From a virus (lineage: Duplodnaviria; Heunggongvirae; Uroviricota; Caudoviricetes), in IMG/VR virus record IMGVR_UViG_3300021400_002728, positions 293,154 to 357,153 of that record: a stretch of DNA of 64,000 bases; one strand, given 5' to 3'. The notes under the pieces were generated by a model, which saw only the letters and a list, made by a program, of their open reading frames with translations, did not search any database and was not told where the DNA came from. Of the stretch, positions 18,979-27,924 are shown one piece after another. The stretch's first letter is position 1. Each line of letters starts with the position of its first letter. Made by a program: the position numbers and the translations under genes.

Positions 18979-19632
18979 TTATAGAATACCTACATACAAT
19001 GCAGGTTGTTTCTTAAAATATGACCAGAATTTTGTTCCATAATCATAATGCCACCATTCAGAAGGAAGATTAGTGAATCCAACTGATGTCATTGCTTCAT
19101 ATAGAATTCGTCTATTATTTGTTATTCTGTTGTTTGCAGATTCAAAATGACTTGTCCAAGCTTTATTAGTAAAATCATCGAACTTTGTACCCATATCTAC
19201 TTCCATATTTTTGTATACAAGAGTTAGATCAACTGAACCACCAGTATTGTGAATAGATGGTTTATTTATATCATAAGATGGTTTACTAACAAATATACTT
19301 GTTATATCATCAAGATCTTTATCAGATATGTTAGGATCTGACATTTTTATCTGATTTCTATACTTATCCCATAAATATTGTTGAACAGCTATAGGACGAT
19401 ATGCATCGTAGATCTTAAATCTATAACCTTCAGGAAGCTTAGACTCTGCTTCTTTTAACAGTTCCACTACTGATTTTCTAGCTAAACAATCCTGTAGTGA
19501 ACCTGGTATGTTTTGTAGATAGTATTGAGATTCACATATAAATCCATTTTCTGATAATGAAACTAAAGGCTCATCTAGAGGATCTATCTCAAAGGTATCT
19601 ACTACAGGAAAATCAATAGTAGGAATATTCAT
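18979..19632 (-). CDS. D-alanyl-D-alanine dipeptidase (peptidase M15D, VanX/DdpX-like)
   Basis: IYDAYRP, SIHNTGGSVDLTL, DMGTKFDDF, EWWHY. Confidence 0.9.
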   Translation of the reverse strand: MNIPTIDFPVVDTFEIDPLDEPLVSLSENGFICESQYYLQNIPGSLQDCLARKSVVELLKEAESKLPEGYRFKIYDAYRPIAVQQYLWDKYRNQIKMSDPNISDKDLDDITSIFVSKPSYDINKPSIHNTGGSVDLTLVYKNMEVDMGTKFDDFTNKAWTSHFESANNRITNNRRILYEAMTSVGFTNLPSEWWHYDYGTKFWSYFKKQPALYVGIL

Positions 19633-19647
19633 TTGTAAGTTACCTCA

Positions 19648-19965
19648 TTAGTCCTCTATATTCAATAATCTAGGATTATAGATGTAGAATCGATTATCAT
19701 CGTCAGTAGGTACAAAATATGCAGTCATCTTAACATATTTTCCTTCTGCAAAAGCAAGTTCTTTAGCAAAGTTAGAATCATATTCTGTCATATCAGCATT
19801 CAATGAAGCATCATAGATATAAACATTTGATCCATCTCTAAATGTAAATGCATCATGATTCTTTCCTTTATAATAATCAGTATTTGCTACAGATTTAAGT
19901 TGTAATGTCTTTGTTTCTCTTTCACATTCAACTTGATTACCGTTAGCTGTTCTAAAAGTCTTCAT
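19648..19965 (-). CDS. Hypothetical protein
   Basis: AAGGAG RBS. Confidence 0.6.
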   Translation of the reverse strand: MKTFRTANGNQVECERETKTLQLKSVANTDYYKGKNHDAFTFRDGSNVYIYDASLNADMTEYDSNFAKELAFAEGKYVKMTAYFVPTDDDNRFYIYNPRLLNIED

Positions 19966-19977
19966 ACTTGATTCTCC

Positions 19978-20289
19978 TTAATGAGTTCCAAGCATAACAT
20001 CCCATGCTTGATACCAATATTTACTTTCTGAATCTTCATTTGACCAGAATTCTGTTTCCATTACTTCTACTTCAGCTGGAAATTCTACATTATGATATTT
20101 AGCCTGCGCCATTACTGTTTGCTTCTGCATTACCTCATACCAAACTGCACCATCATCAAATACATATGTTTTGTGATAGTATTCTGCAGAAGATCCTTCA
20201 GTTTCACATTGGAACTCGTTATTATGTTTTCTAAAGAAAGTTCGCTTTATATCATTATATTCTTGTTCAGTTACAATATCCATAATCAT
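19978..20289 (-). CDS. Hypothetical protein
   Basis: AAGGAG RBS. Confidence 0.6.
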   Translation of the reverse strand: MIMDIVTEQEYNDIKRTFFRKHNNEFQCETEGSSAEYYHKTYVFDDGAVWYEVMQKQTVMAQAKYHNVEFPAEVEVMETEFWSNEDSESKYWYQAWDVMLGTH

Positions 20290-20294
20290 TCTCC

Positions 20295-20582
20295 TTATGC
20301 AACTTCAATTTTATCCAAAGTAAACGGTTCTAATTCTGGATGAGTTTTGAGTAGGTCTCTAATGTTCTTATCAAGCTTTTCTTTTAATTCTTCAAGATCT
20401 ACATCTTTTTTACCTGAACACATCCACTGACTTTTATAATTATCCATTACTTCAACTTGTTCATTGAAAGCACTGACAAGAATAATTCCATATTCTCTAA
20501 GAATTTCATTGAACTCAAATTTAGTGTCCCACTTAACAAAACTATTATAGCCACCATTGAGTGTAAGAATAATATTAAACAT
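20295..20582 (-). CDS. Hypothetical protein
   Basis: GGAGG RBS; follows the promoter at 20602-20630. Confidence 0.65.
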   Translation of the reverse strand: MFNIILTLNGGYNSFVKWDTKFEFNEILREYGIILVSAFNEQVEVMDNYKSQWMCSGKKDVDLEELKEKLDKNIRDLLKTHPELEPFTLDKIEVA

Positions 20583-20601
20583 GTAATACCTCCATAATGT
20601 T

Positions 20602-20630
20602 ATTATATCACGTAATCATGGAAATGTAAA
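20602..20630 (-). promoter_or_regulatory. Promoter TTTACA-N17-TATAAT
   Basis: Exact hexamers, 17-bp spacer. Confidence 0.7.
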
Positions 20631-20684
20631 CAAATTTTTAGCATGTAATCATGGAAATGTAAACAAATTTTTAGCATGTAATCA
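20612..20684. repeat. Perfect 33-bp tandem duplication (2.2 copies)
   Basis: GTAATCATGGAAATGTAAACAAATTTTTAGCAT at 20612-20644 and 20645-20677, plus GTAATCA. Confidence 0.95.
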
Positions 20685-21117
20685 ATCTTTTTGCACGAGC
20701 ATAGTCCTCATTGTCTAAACCATTCCACAATACTTCAAATGCATCACCTTGCTCATATTTATCATCAAAATTGAGATGCTTCTCATCATTTACGTCTGCA
20801 TAGATTCTATATCGAGTAGATTCACTGAATTTATTTTCAGCTTCTTCTAAGTAGATTGTCATTACTCTACTTAGATCTTCTTTTAATTTAATTATGCATA
20901 CTCTCTCACGATTATATTCATTGAAGTGTACAAAACTATCTGCATCTTCACAATTTCTAAATTCAATAACAAATAGATTTTTATATTCATCTAATCTTTC
21001 TATAAGTATAAGAAAGTCTTCAGCATCAAGTATATAATCTACATCTACATAGTCGTGATCTTTACGTGATTTGTGGTGGTTTGAATTATGCAACGCATTA
21101 TATGTTGTTGATACCAT
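20671..21117 (-). CDS. Hypothetical protein
   Basis: GGAGG RBS. Confidence 0.6.
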   Translation of the reverse strand: MVSTTYNALHNSNHHKSRKDHDYVDVDYILDAEDFLILIERLDEYKNLFVIEFRNCEDADSFVHFNEYNRERVCIIKLKEDLSRVMTIYLEEAENKFSESTRYRIYADVNDEKHLNFDDKYEQGDAFEVLWNGLDNEDYARAKRLITC

Positions 21118-21143
21118 AATTTAACACCTCCATAATGTTATTA

Positions 21144-21482
21144 TTATGCTAATACATCATAGTCGTATTTAGTATAAATTATTTCAGGGTGTTCATCAAT
21201 AATCATAAGTGTTTTAATATCAAGTGCATGCTTTACATCTTTAAAATATCCTTTGAACTCAACTATATAAGCAAGTAATGAAGTTACATAAATTCTTGGC
21301 CATTCTCTTGCAACAAGTTCTTTTATATACTCACCATCTTTATCAATTTCTACTTTTTGAAGATCAATTTTTTCTTTACCAGTCTCAATAAGTATTTTAG
21401 AAAATGCACCATAAGACATAACAATATCAATAAGCATTTCATCATCTATTTGGTTCTTTTCATTTAACTCATATAATGTCAT
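21144..21482 (-). CDS. Hypothetical protein
   Basis: Start moved to ATG 21482 after GGAGG. Confidence 0.55.
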   Translation of the reverse strand: MTLYELNEKNQIDDEMLIDIVMSYGAFSKILIETGKEKIDLQKVEIDKDGEYIKELVAREWPRIYVTSLLAYIVEFKGYFKDVKHALDIKTLMIIDEHPEIIYTKYDYDVLA

Positions 21483-21581
21483 ATCATAACCCTCCATATA
21501 AAACAAAATGCTAACCTCAATTAAGAGATTAGCATTTTTCACATTCTTACTTATTATTATAATTAAATAGCACTTCAATGT

Positions 21582-24101
21582 TTATAGTTCATCAATCTTT
21601 TTTGTAAAAAAGGATGATGATTCAACTTTGATCTTTATAGTCTTTCCATTTACCTTAGCTGTAAGTGTAGCCTTACCTGCATTATCAGTAACTACAATCT
21701 CCTGATTAGAATTTACATATGCTACAGAAGGATTATTACTCTTAAAGATAATTGGTCTAGACATTTCAATTGAAGCAAACTCCAGTGGAATTATATTATT
21801 AGTAGCAGATACAACCTTATATGTCTTCTTAGATAATGTCACACCTTCATTTACAATTGACGGATCTTCTACAAATACTTTTATGTTGTATTCATTTCCA
21901 TCCTTATTTGTAGTAAGTGTGACGGTACCAGTCTTAAGAGCTTTAATCTTATTACCTTTTACTGATACTATTGTATTATCTGAAGACATCCAATTTTTAA
22001 GACCTTTGATCTTAATTGTCTTAGAGCTATTTACATTGATATGTAAGAGTCTATTTGCTGATATAGTAGGTTCTTTTACCTTAACCACACAATTAAATCT
22101 AGATCCATTTACACATGCAGAAATAGTCGAAGTACCTTTATTTAAGGCAGTTATTGTACCATCTTTATCAACAAGTACTGCATCTGGATTACTGCTATAC
22201 CAGAATGTGTTATACTTGTCAGATAAACCAGTTGATAAGTCTACTACTTTACCTGCATCCAGAGTCATCTTTTTAGTGAGTTTAGACTCTTCAATATGTA
22301 CTGCTATCTTCTGTGTACCATTTGTAATCAATACTTCTTTATCTCCTGTTGCCTTTTTAGCAGTAGCGATATTCTTTTTACTGATCTTAAAGTACTCAGA
22401 ATCTGTACTATTGACTAATGTAAATGCACCTATATCAAATTTCTGACCTTTTACTAAATAAATGTCAGTAGTAAATGATGTTATAGATGGAGCAGGATTA
22501 AAAGGATCTTCAATTGATGCAGGTGGCATCGGTGGTCCAATAATTAACTCACCAGTAATGGTTGCAACCTGTGTACACTGTAAGCCTTCTGTACATTCCC
22601 ATACAATAGCATACTTTCCAGGACCATCTACAAATGTATCAATTCCAGGACCTGAAATAGGATAAGCTTCTCCTGAACCATTATAACTAACATTAGCTTT
22701 AGCTCTATCCCACATCTGTTTAATTGTACCATCTTTTGTAAGATCCCAACTTATATCATTTGCAGATAAAGTTACAGTTCTAGATGGTCTCTTGTATGTT
22801 ATAGTAGCAGTTAAAGTGTGCGTCTCATATAATAACGAAGCCTCATAAGTTTTAGATGATGATGTAGAATCAATTAACTTAATTGTTTTTGTAGTAATAG
22901 TCTTCGTCGATACATCAGACCCGCGCTCTATCCTGATTGTCATTTCACAAGATGTAGGCATCTGATTGAAACTTCCATTCCATTTAGCAGATTGTACTTT
23001 ATATACAGCTTCTGGTGCACGGAACTCTTTATGAGCTGAAAGTATCTGTTCATTAAAGAATAGGAATGCTTCATACTGTACATATGTACCATCTTGATTC
23101 TTAGCAGACATTGATATGTTTGTAGTTTCTTTTACTATCTTTTCTGCATTCGGATTAGCTTCATCCTGTAATGTAAATTCAGCTTTAGAAGGAGCTTCTG
23201 TAAGACTTCCACCTGTCCAAACTACGTCTATTACTTTATAGACTGTTTTAACTATAGGTGGATCAATTGTTTTATCGTATACACGAACATCAGCGTACTC
23301 ATTACCATTAAAGGTTACTTTAGCTGTGAAAGTTGCAGATTCAGTTGTCTCTTCGGTAAGAATAGCATTACCAGTGACGATCGCTTTGTTATTCTGATAT
23401 ATTGTACCGTCATAAGTAGGTAAACTTAATAACGAAATCATATATCCAATTATCTTATCTCGACATTTTCCAGTATCAATATTAGACAAGTTTTTAACAC
23501 TATTCAGTGCATCCATTATATCTTTAGAAGCAAAACCTGATTTGTTCTTAAAATATGTTTCAACTTCTGCTAACCAAGCATGTGCTTCTTCTGAGGAACC
23601 ATCTGTAAACCCTTGACCATTATTGATAAGTTTTACAACAGTAGCTTCATCTATATGATTAGACTTCTCAATGTTGTAATTATAGTTGGCCCTTGCAGAG
23701 TCTTTACTTATACGATTAAGTATATCTATAATCGACTCTTTATAACCATTTGTTGCAATACTTTCTGAGTTTCTTGCAGATTTGATTAGATTATCTAAAT
23801 CTGTATACTCAGCAGGATGAACTATCTCATTGTAGTAGTAGACATCTTCTAACCACTGCCATGCATGGAAACATGAATCATTTACGGACTTACATCTACC
23901 GGCCAATGTTGCAACTGGTTCGGTATATGTAAATACAAAATCGACATTCATGTTCTCTGAAGGCTTTTTAGGCCAAGCAGCTTCTTCTAACTTCCACTTA
24001 TCATAAGCGACTATACCGTCTGCTTGAGCTGTGATTGGAACGCCTGTGAAAATCATAATAGCACTAAGTAAGAATGTAATTATACGATTTTTGAGCTTCA
24101 T
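21582..24101 (-). CDS. Secreted protein with C-terminal bacterial Ig-like (Big_2-type) repeats
   Basis: Sec signal ending TAQA; repeated WxSSNPxxVxVxxxGxITAxxxGT units. Confidence 0.8.
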   Translation of the reverse strand: MKLKNRIITFLLSAIMIFTGVPITAQADGIVAYDKWKLEEAAWPKKPSENMNVDFVFTYTEPVATLAGRCKSVNDSCFHAWQWLEDVYYYNEIVHPAEYTDLDNLIKSARNSESIATNGYKESIIDILNRISKDSARANYNYNIEKSNHIDEATVVKLINNGQGFTDGSSEEAHAWLAEVETYFKNKSGFASKDIMDALNSVKNLSNIDTGKCRDKIIGYMISLLSLPTYDGTIYQNNKAIVTGNAILTEETTESATFTAKVTFNGNEYADVRVYDKTIDPPIVKTVYKVIDVVWTGGSLTEAPSKAEFTLQDEANPNAEKIVKETTNISMSAKNQDGTYVQYEAFLFFNEQILSAHKEFRAPEAVYKVQSAKWNGSFNQMPTSCEMTIRIERGSDVSTKTITTKTIKLIDSTSSSKTYEASLLYETHTLTATITYKRPSRTVTLSANDISWDLTKDGTIKQMWDRAKANVSYNGSGEAYPISGPGIDTFVDGPGKYAIVWECTEGLQCTQVATITGELIIGPPMPPASIEDPFNPAPSITSFTTDIYLVKGQKFDIGAFTLVNSTDSEYFKISKKNIATAKKATGDKEVLITNGTQKIAVHIEESKLTKKMTLDAGKVVDLSTGLSDKYNTFWYSSNPDAVLVDKDGTITALNKGTSTISACVNGSRFNCVVKVKEPTISANRLLHINVNSSKTIKIKGLKNWMSSDNTIVSVKGNKIKALKTGTVTLTTNKDGNEYNIKVFVEDPSIVNEGVTLSKKTYKVVSATNNIIPLEFASIEMSRPIIFKSNNPSVAYVNSNQEIVVTDNAGKATLTAKVNGKTIKIKVESSSFFTKKIDEL

Positions 24102-24244
24102 TTTGTAATTCTCCTTTTAATATTTAATTGTTCGATATGATAGTATTTCAACTATATTTGTAAACTTCTTCTCACATTAGCCTCACCTCCTATAAAATAA
24201 ATGCTTAGCCTATCTCTAGACTAAGCATTACTTCAATCTTATAC

Positions 24245-24484
24245 CTAACCCATAAAATGCATAATTAACACAGTTATATCAAATGCTAATATAAACATAA
24301 ATGGGATAACTCCACCAAAGAAAAATTCTTTGACATCACTTTGTGCTACAACAAGTGTTCCAGCTTTATACTGAGCAATTTCTTCTTTACTGAAGTCATC
24401 ATCTACTATTGTATAAAGCTTTTCTATTTTCTTCCAAAATGTGTTATTCATCATCTTATCCTCATTCATCTTGTAATTCAACAT
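24245..24484 (-). CDS. Small membrane protein
   Basis: C-terminal hydrophobic helix. Confidence 0.5.
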   Translation of the reverse strand: MLNYKMNEDKMMNNTFWKKIEKLYTIVDDDFSKEEIAQYKAGTLVVAQSDVKEFFFGGVIPFMFILAFDITVLIMHFMG

Positions 24485-24490
24485 TTTGTT

Positions 24491-25525
24491 CTACATAATT
24501 TCTTTTAGATAGCTAATATAGAACTCTATTTCTTGTCTAGACCATAATACTACATAATTAAGATTATTCTTCTTTGCAGTATCTCTCTTTTTTAGATCAC
24601 TTTTTGTCCAAACATTAATAGCATTAGCATATTGTTTGTGTCCATTTTTTGCCTTATCTTTCCATATAGCTAAAGTATCTAGATCTGCTTGATTATTTTT
24701 ATCAAAGAAGTGGTTATTATGTGACCAATATATGTTAAGTTCTACATAAATATCATAATCAATTAAATAAAAATCACAATAAAATGGATATTTTGCTGAA
24801 CTATATTGTGTCTTAAATCTTATACCAAGATTAGTTAATTCTTTCTCAAAATAATCTTCATCACTAGAATAATTACCATTCTGTCTCATAGTAGCATTAG
24901 CCTTTATTCTTGCATCTCTGCTATTACCTGGATTAGTTGTTCCATATTTTTTAATAGATGTAGATATAATCTTGTCTTTTACTGATGGAAGTTGATAAAC
25001 ATTAGTATATTGTTCACCATATTTGCGTTTGATTGTACTAACTATACTCTCTTTATGAGAAGCTGATTTATTATAGCAAGTCATACAACCAATTCCAATT
25101 AAATGTTTTGTAGTTTGTTGACAAACTTCACACCATTTTACTGTATCTTGTTCATGAGCTTTTTTCATATTTACTGAACCTGTTTTTAATCCTACTTTAC
25201 TAGAAGCTATTCTAGCTTTTTCAGACTTATTTCGTTCAATAATATGTTGTCTAGCTTGTTCTATATTTTTAGGATTACTTCTAAAAGTTTGACTCTGTTT
25301 TTCTATTTTGTCAGAATCTTTATTAGAACATTTACTACTACAATATGTATAAAAACCATTTGCAAGATTTATAAATTTAGTATCATTTCCGCAAACTTTA
25401 CATGTATGGTTACTGTCAATATACTGTATATAGTACAAATCAGATGACATTTTATGTGTTTGTCTAATATGTGAACTTAAAGCTTTATAGCCTATAAAGT
25501 CTTTTTCACAAATTTTACACTTCAT
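24491..25525 (-). CDS. Free-standing putative homing endonuclease (C2H2 N-terminus plus Vsr-like nuclease)
   Basis: CKICEK...SSHIRQTH, YCSSKC, KYGxxN repeats, YPFYCDFYLIDYDIYVELNIYWSH; start overlaps the stop of the fractured ATPase gene. Confidence 0.75.
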   Translation of the reverse strand: MKCKICEKDFIGYKALSSHIRQTHKMSSDLYYIQYIDSNHTCKVCGNDTKFINLANGFYTYCSSKCSNKDSDKIEKQSQTFRSNPKNIEQARQHIIERNKSEKARIASSKVGLKTGSVNMKKAHEQDTVKWCEVCQQTTKHLIGIGCMTCYNKSASHKESIVSTIKRKYGEQYTNVYQLPSVKDKIISTSIKKYGTTNPGNSRDARIKANATMRQNGNYSSDEDYFEKELTNLGIRFKTQYSSAKYPFYCDFYLIDYDIYVELNIYWSHNNHFFDKNNQADLDTLAIWKDKAKNGHKQYANAINVWTKSDLKKRDTAKKNNLNYVVLWSRQEIEFYISYLKEIM

Positions 25526-26807
25526 CTGATTGTACCTCCACAGACTGATCTATATAGATCGCTTTTCCACCACCAGTTTGATAAATATATGCTGCATCAA
25601 ACGGATATGATTCTCCTCCATTCCACTTATTATTCTTAGTATCTGTAAATAAGAATAAATGATTATCAGAGTTAATCATAAAACAACGTACAGATTTATT
25701 CTTAACTACTTTTACATCTGAAATTAAATAATCTGTAAGATTTCCAGGAATAATGTCACCAGATTTAACCTCTGATGCAGTTACTGGACATATTTTATCT
25801 TTTCGTAAAATTGCTAATTTATGCACATCATCTGCATATAAAACTATACTATCATCACTATACTGACTCATTGCCTCTAATGTAAACTTATACAGTTTAT
25901 TAGATTCATGAATTTCGTATACTGCAAGTACTTTGACTGGTTTATTTCCATATCCAAATACTTCATCACCGACTTCAATCGTCTTTATAGTTTTATATCC
26001 TTTAGTAGTAGGTACTATTGTATTTAACCCTAAAGGAGAACCTACACATAACGCCTGAGGTGCAGATGGTGTATCAACAGTTTTAGCAATTTTGCCATCT
26101 TCATATATGTAGTTAGATCTACCTTCATTCTTGATCGAGTTCAAATTCCAGGAAACTTCTCCAAGTCCTGAAAGACCAATAGGAATAAATTCAGGTGGTC
26201 TTAACCAACTACCTTTATATTTTGCAATATGAGGTGGAAGAGGTGTACCAACAAAGGCACATTCTCTTGCAGCAAAGTCAAATTCATTAACCCACTCATA
26301 GTTAGGTAGGTACTTATTCAATGACAAACACAAGTTAACTGCAACTTGTTCCTTAAACGTATTAGGATTGATCTTAATCGTGATCTTGTTAATTTTAGTA
26401 CCTTCATAACCTAGTTGGAAAGGTGGATTGTTAATGTCTTTTAATTCAAATTCGCCAGTTTCTTTATTTTTAACCTTCGAATCGTTAGAAATAACTGGCT
26501 CAAGAACTCCAAATACTGCTAGCAATTCTTCTCTTTGTTTGGCGACTATAACTTTTTTAATAGTAGCAAGAATTACCATCGTAATCAAAATACCAAATGC
26601 ATAAAGGCCTAATAATACCCAAAATATTTTATGACCTTTAAGTGGTAAAACTTGGAATAGTACACCTAAACCAAAAATTCCTACAAGTATAAGGGCATCT
26701 CTTTTTGAATATTGATAACCAACACTATTGCCGTCGCTGATGTTCAGTATTTTATTAGTCGCAAACTGAGCAATAGCAACGACTAAGAAAAATACAAATA
26801 TAAACAT
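25515..26807 (-). CDS. N-terminal half of an FtsK/SpoIIIE/TcpA-like membrane ATPase with a complete cis intein and a terminal split-intein N-fragment, both in the P-loop
   Basis: Three TM helices; FIPIGL...VSWNL...PQALCVGS|[153-aa intein]|TGGGK|AIYIDQSVEVQSDEV-stop. Confidence 0.8.
   Translation of the reverse strand: MFIFVFFLVVAIAQFATNKILNISDGNSVGYQYSKRDALILVGIFGLGVLFQVLPLKGHKIFWVLLGLYAFGILITMVILATIKKVIVAKQREELLAVFGVLEPVISNDSKVKNKETGEFELKDINNPPFQLGYEGTKINKITIKINPNTFKEQVAVNLCLSLNKYLPNYEWVNEFDFAARECAFVGTPLPPHIAKYKGSWLRPPEFIPIGLSGLGEVSWNLNSIKNEGRSNYIYEDGKIAKTVDTPSAPQALCVGSPLGLNTIVPTTKGYKTIKTIEVGDEVFGYGNKPVKVLAVYEIHESNKLYKFTLEAMSQYSDDSIVLYADDVHKLAILRKDKICPVTASEVKSGDIIPGNLTDYLISDVKVVKNKSVRCFMINSDNHLFLFTDTKNNKWNGGESYPFDAAYIYQTGGGKAIYIDQSVEVQSDEV
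25518..25562 (-). mobile_element. Candidate split-intein N-fragment (Ala1, 15 aa)
   Basis: AIYIDQSV directly after GGGK resembles Ala-start block A (ALxxDTxV) at the GK|S/T insertion site. Confidence 0.55.
25578..26036 (-). mobile_element. Mini-intein, class-3-like (Pro1, block F Cys, C-terminal Gln, +1 Thr)
   Basis: PLGLNTIVPTTKGYKTIKTIEVGDEVFG; YADDVHKL; VRCFMINSDNHLFLF; YIYQ|T; removal restores GSTGGGK. Confidence 0.85.
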
Positions 26808-26885
26808 GCTTTCCTCCTTATACTAGTATTTGAAGTGTAGTATATAAAGTTTTATGAATATTCTATTTTTCATAAGCATTCACTT

Positions 26886-27371
26886 CTAGGATTCTTCTAC
26901 ATCTGCAGAAAGCAACTTTCCAGTCTTTACATCAATAATTCGCTGGTTAGACGATCCTCTAAAGGCGAGTGTAGTATCTTTAAGGTCTACTCTAAATTCA
27001 CCATCAACTACTACATCAACATACTTCATTACTTCTAAGTCTTTTGAGTCTCTATATAAATTTCCAGTATAAAGCCAGATCGTTTTATCTGGAAATCTTT
27101 CTTTGAACTCTTTGCATAATTCAGTTACCTCAGGTAGATTTTTCTTGTATAATGGATCTCCACCTGAAAGAGTTAATCCATCAATTTGATCAGTTATACA
27201 GTTAAAGAGATATTCTTTAACTTCTTTTGTAAATGATTGACCAGCATTAGGATTCCAAGATTCCTTGTTATGACACTCCTTGCAATGATGATGGCAGCCT
27301 GCAACAAACAGGACAGTTCTCCAACCTTCACCATCTGCTAAGCTGGTTCGGTAAATAGTCATATAATTCAT
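26886..27371 (-). CDS. nrdG: Anaerobic ribonucleotide reductase activating protein (radical SAM)
   Basis: DGEGWRTVLFVAGCHHHCKECHN, GLTLSGGDPL, DVVVDGEF, FRGSSNQR. Confidence 0.93.
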   Translation of the reverse strand: MNYMTIYRTSLADGEGWRTVLFVAGCHHHCKECHNKESWNPNAGQSFTKEVKEYLFNCITDQIDGLTLSGGDPLYKKNLPEVTELCKEFKERFPDKTIWLYTGNLYRDSKDLEVMKYVDVVVDGEFRVDLKDTTLAFRGSSNQRIIDVKTGKLLSADVEES

Positions 27372-27691
27372 AATTTGCCTCCATTGATAGGCCACCTTTT
27401 ACCTATCAATTTTTTGTTTAATTTTATATTGTTACTTTATTTATCTAATTATTTTGAAAATAAAATTAGACTTAATATAATTGATCCAGCAATAATATAA
27501 AATATATAAGTTTATAATAAAAGAATAAATAACAAATGCTAAAAACAGTTTAGATAATGTGTGTTTGAACTCTTTCACTACAGAATCTGTATTATCAATA
27601 TTTAATTTAGCTTGTCCTCTTAATATAAATCTTATCATATCATTTATCAATGCTGAAAATTCAATTCCATTTTATAATGATGCATTGATTC

Positions 27692-27892
27692 TTATGATAA
27701 AATTTCAAATACATTAAGTTTAGCTTCACCATATTCTGTCAGCTTATCTATAGCTTTTTGTGCAGACTCGACTGAAACAAATTTCTTTGCTTCATTTTCA
27801 TTAGAAGTATTTACAAAATGCTTGTTTTTATAATCAATATACTTTATAAATCCGCTCTCATGACTATAAGTATTTGTCCACTTAATCTTCAT
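27692..27892 (-). CDS. Hypothetical protein
   Basis: GAAAGGA RBS. Confidence 0.55.
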   Translation of the reverse strand: MKIKWTNTYSHESGFIKYIDYKNKHFVNTSNENEAKKFVSVESAQKAIDKLTEYGEAKLNVFEILS

Positions 27893-27924
27893 CTTTGTAA
27901 TTTCCTTTCTTTAGATTTTCTGTA

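Noticed and set aside
18979-19632. Vancomycin-resistance cluster
   Set aside because: Only the dipeptidase is present; no vanH/vanA/vanR/vanS-like genes
20612-20684. 33-bp repeat as a CRISPR array
   Set aside because: Copies are contiguous with no spacers; no cas genes in the window
24150-24192. Strong AGGAGGTGA followed by ATG-TGA or a 7-codon GTG minigene
   Set aside because: Single instance with no supporting conservation; may be a relic of a deleted gene
3784-25517. Stop-codon recoding or frameshifts as the cause of the truncated ATPase and intein ORFs
   Set aside because: All three end in TAA; sequence past the stops gives no intein or ATPase motifs and runs straight into the next gene's RBS or start
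27441-27650. 69-aa hydrophobic ORF upstream of nrdG
   Set aside because: No clear RBS and extremely AT-rich; cannot be supported as a gene
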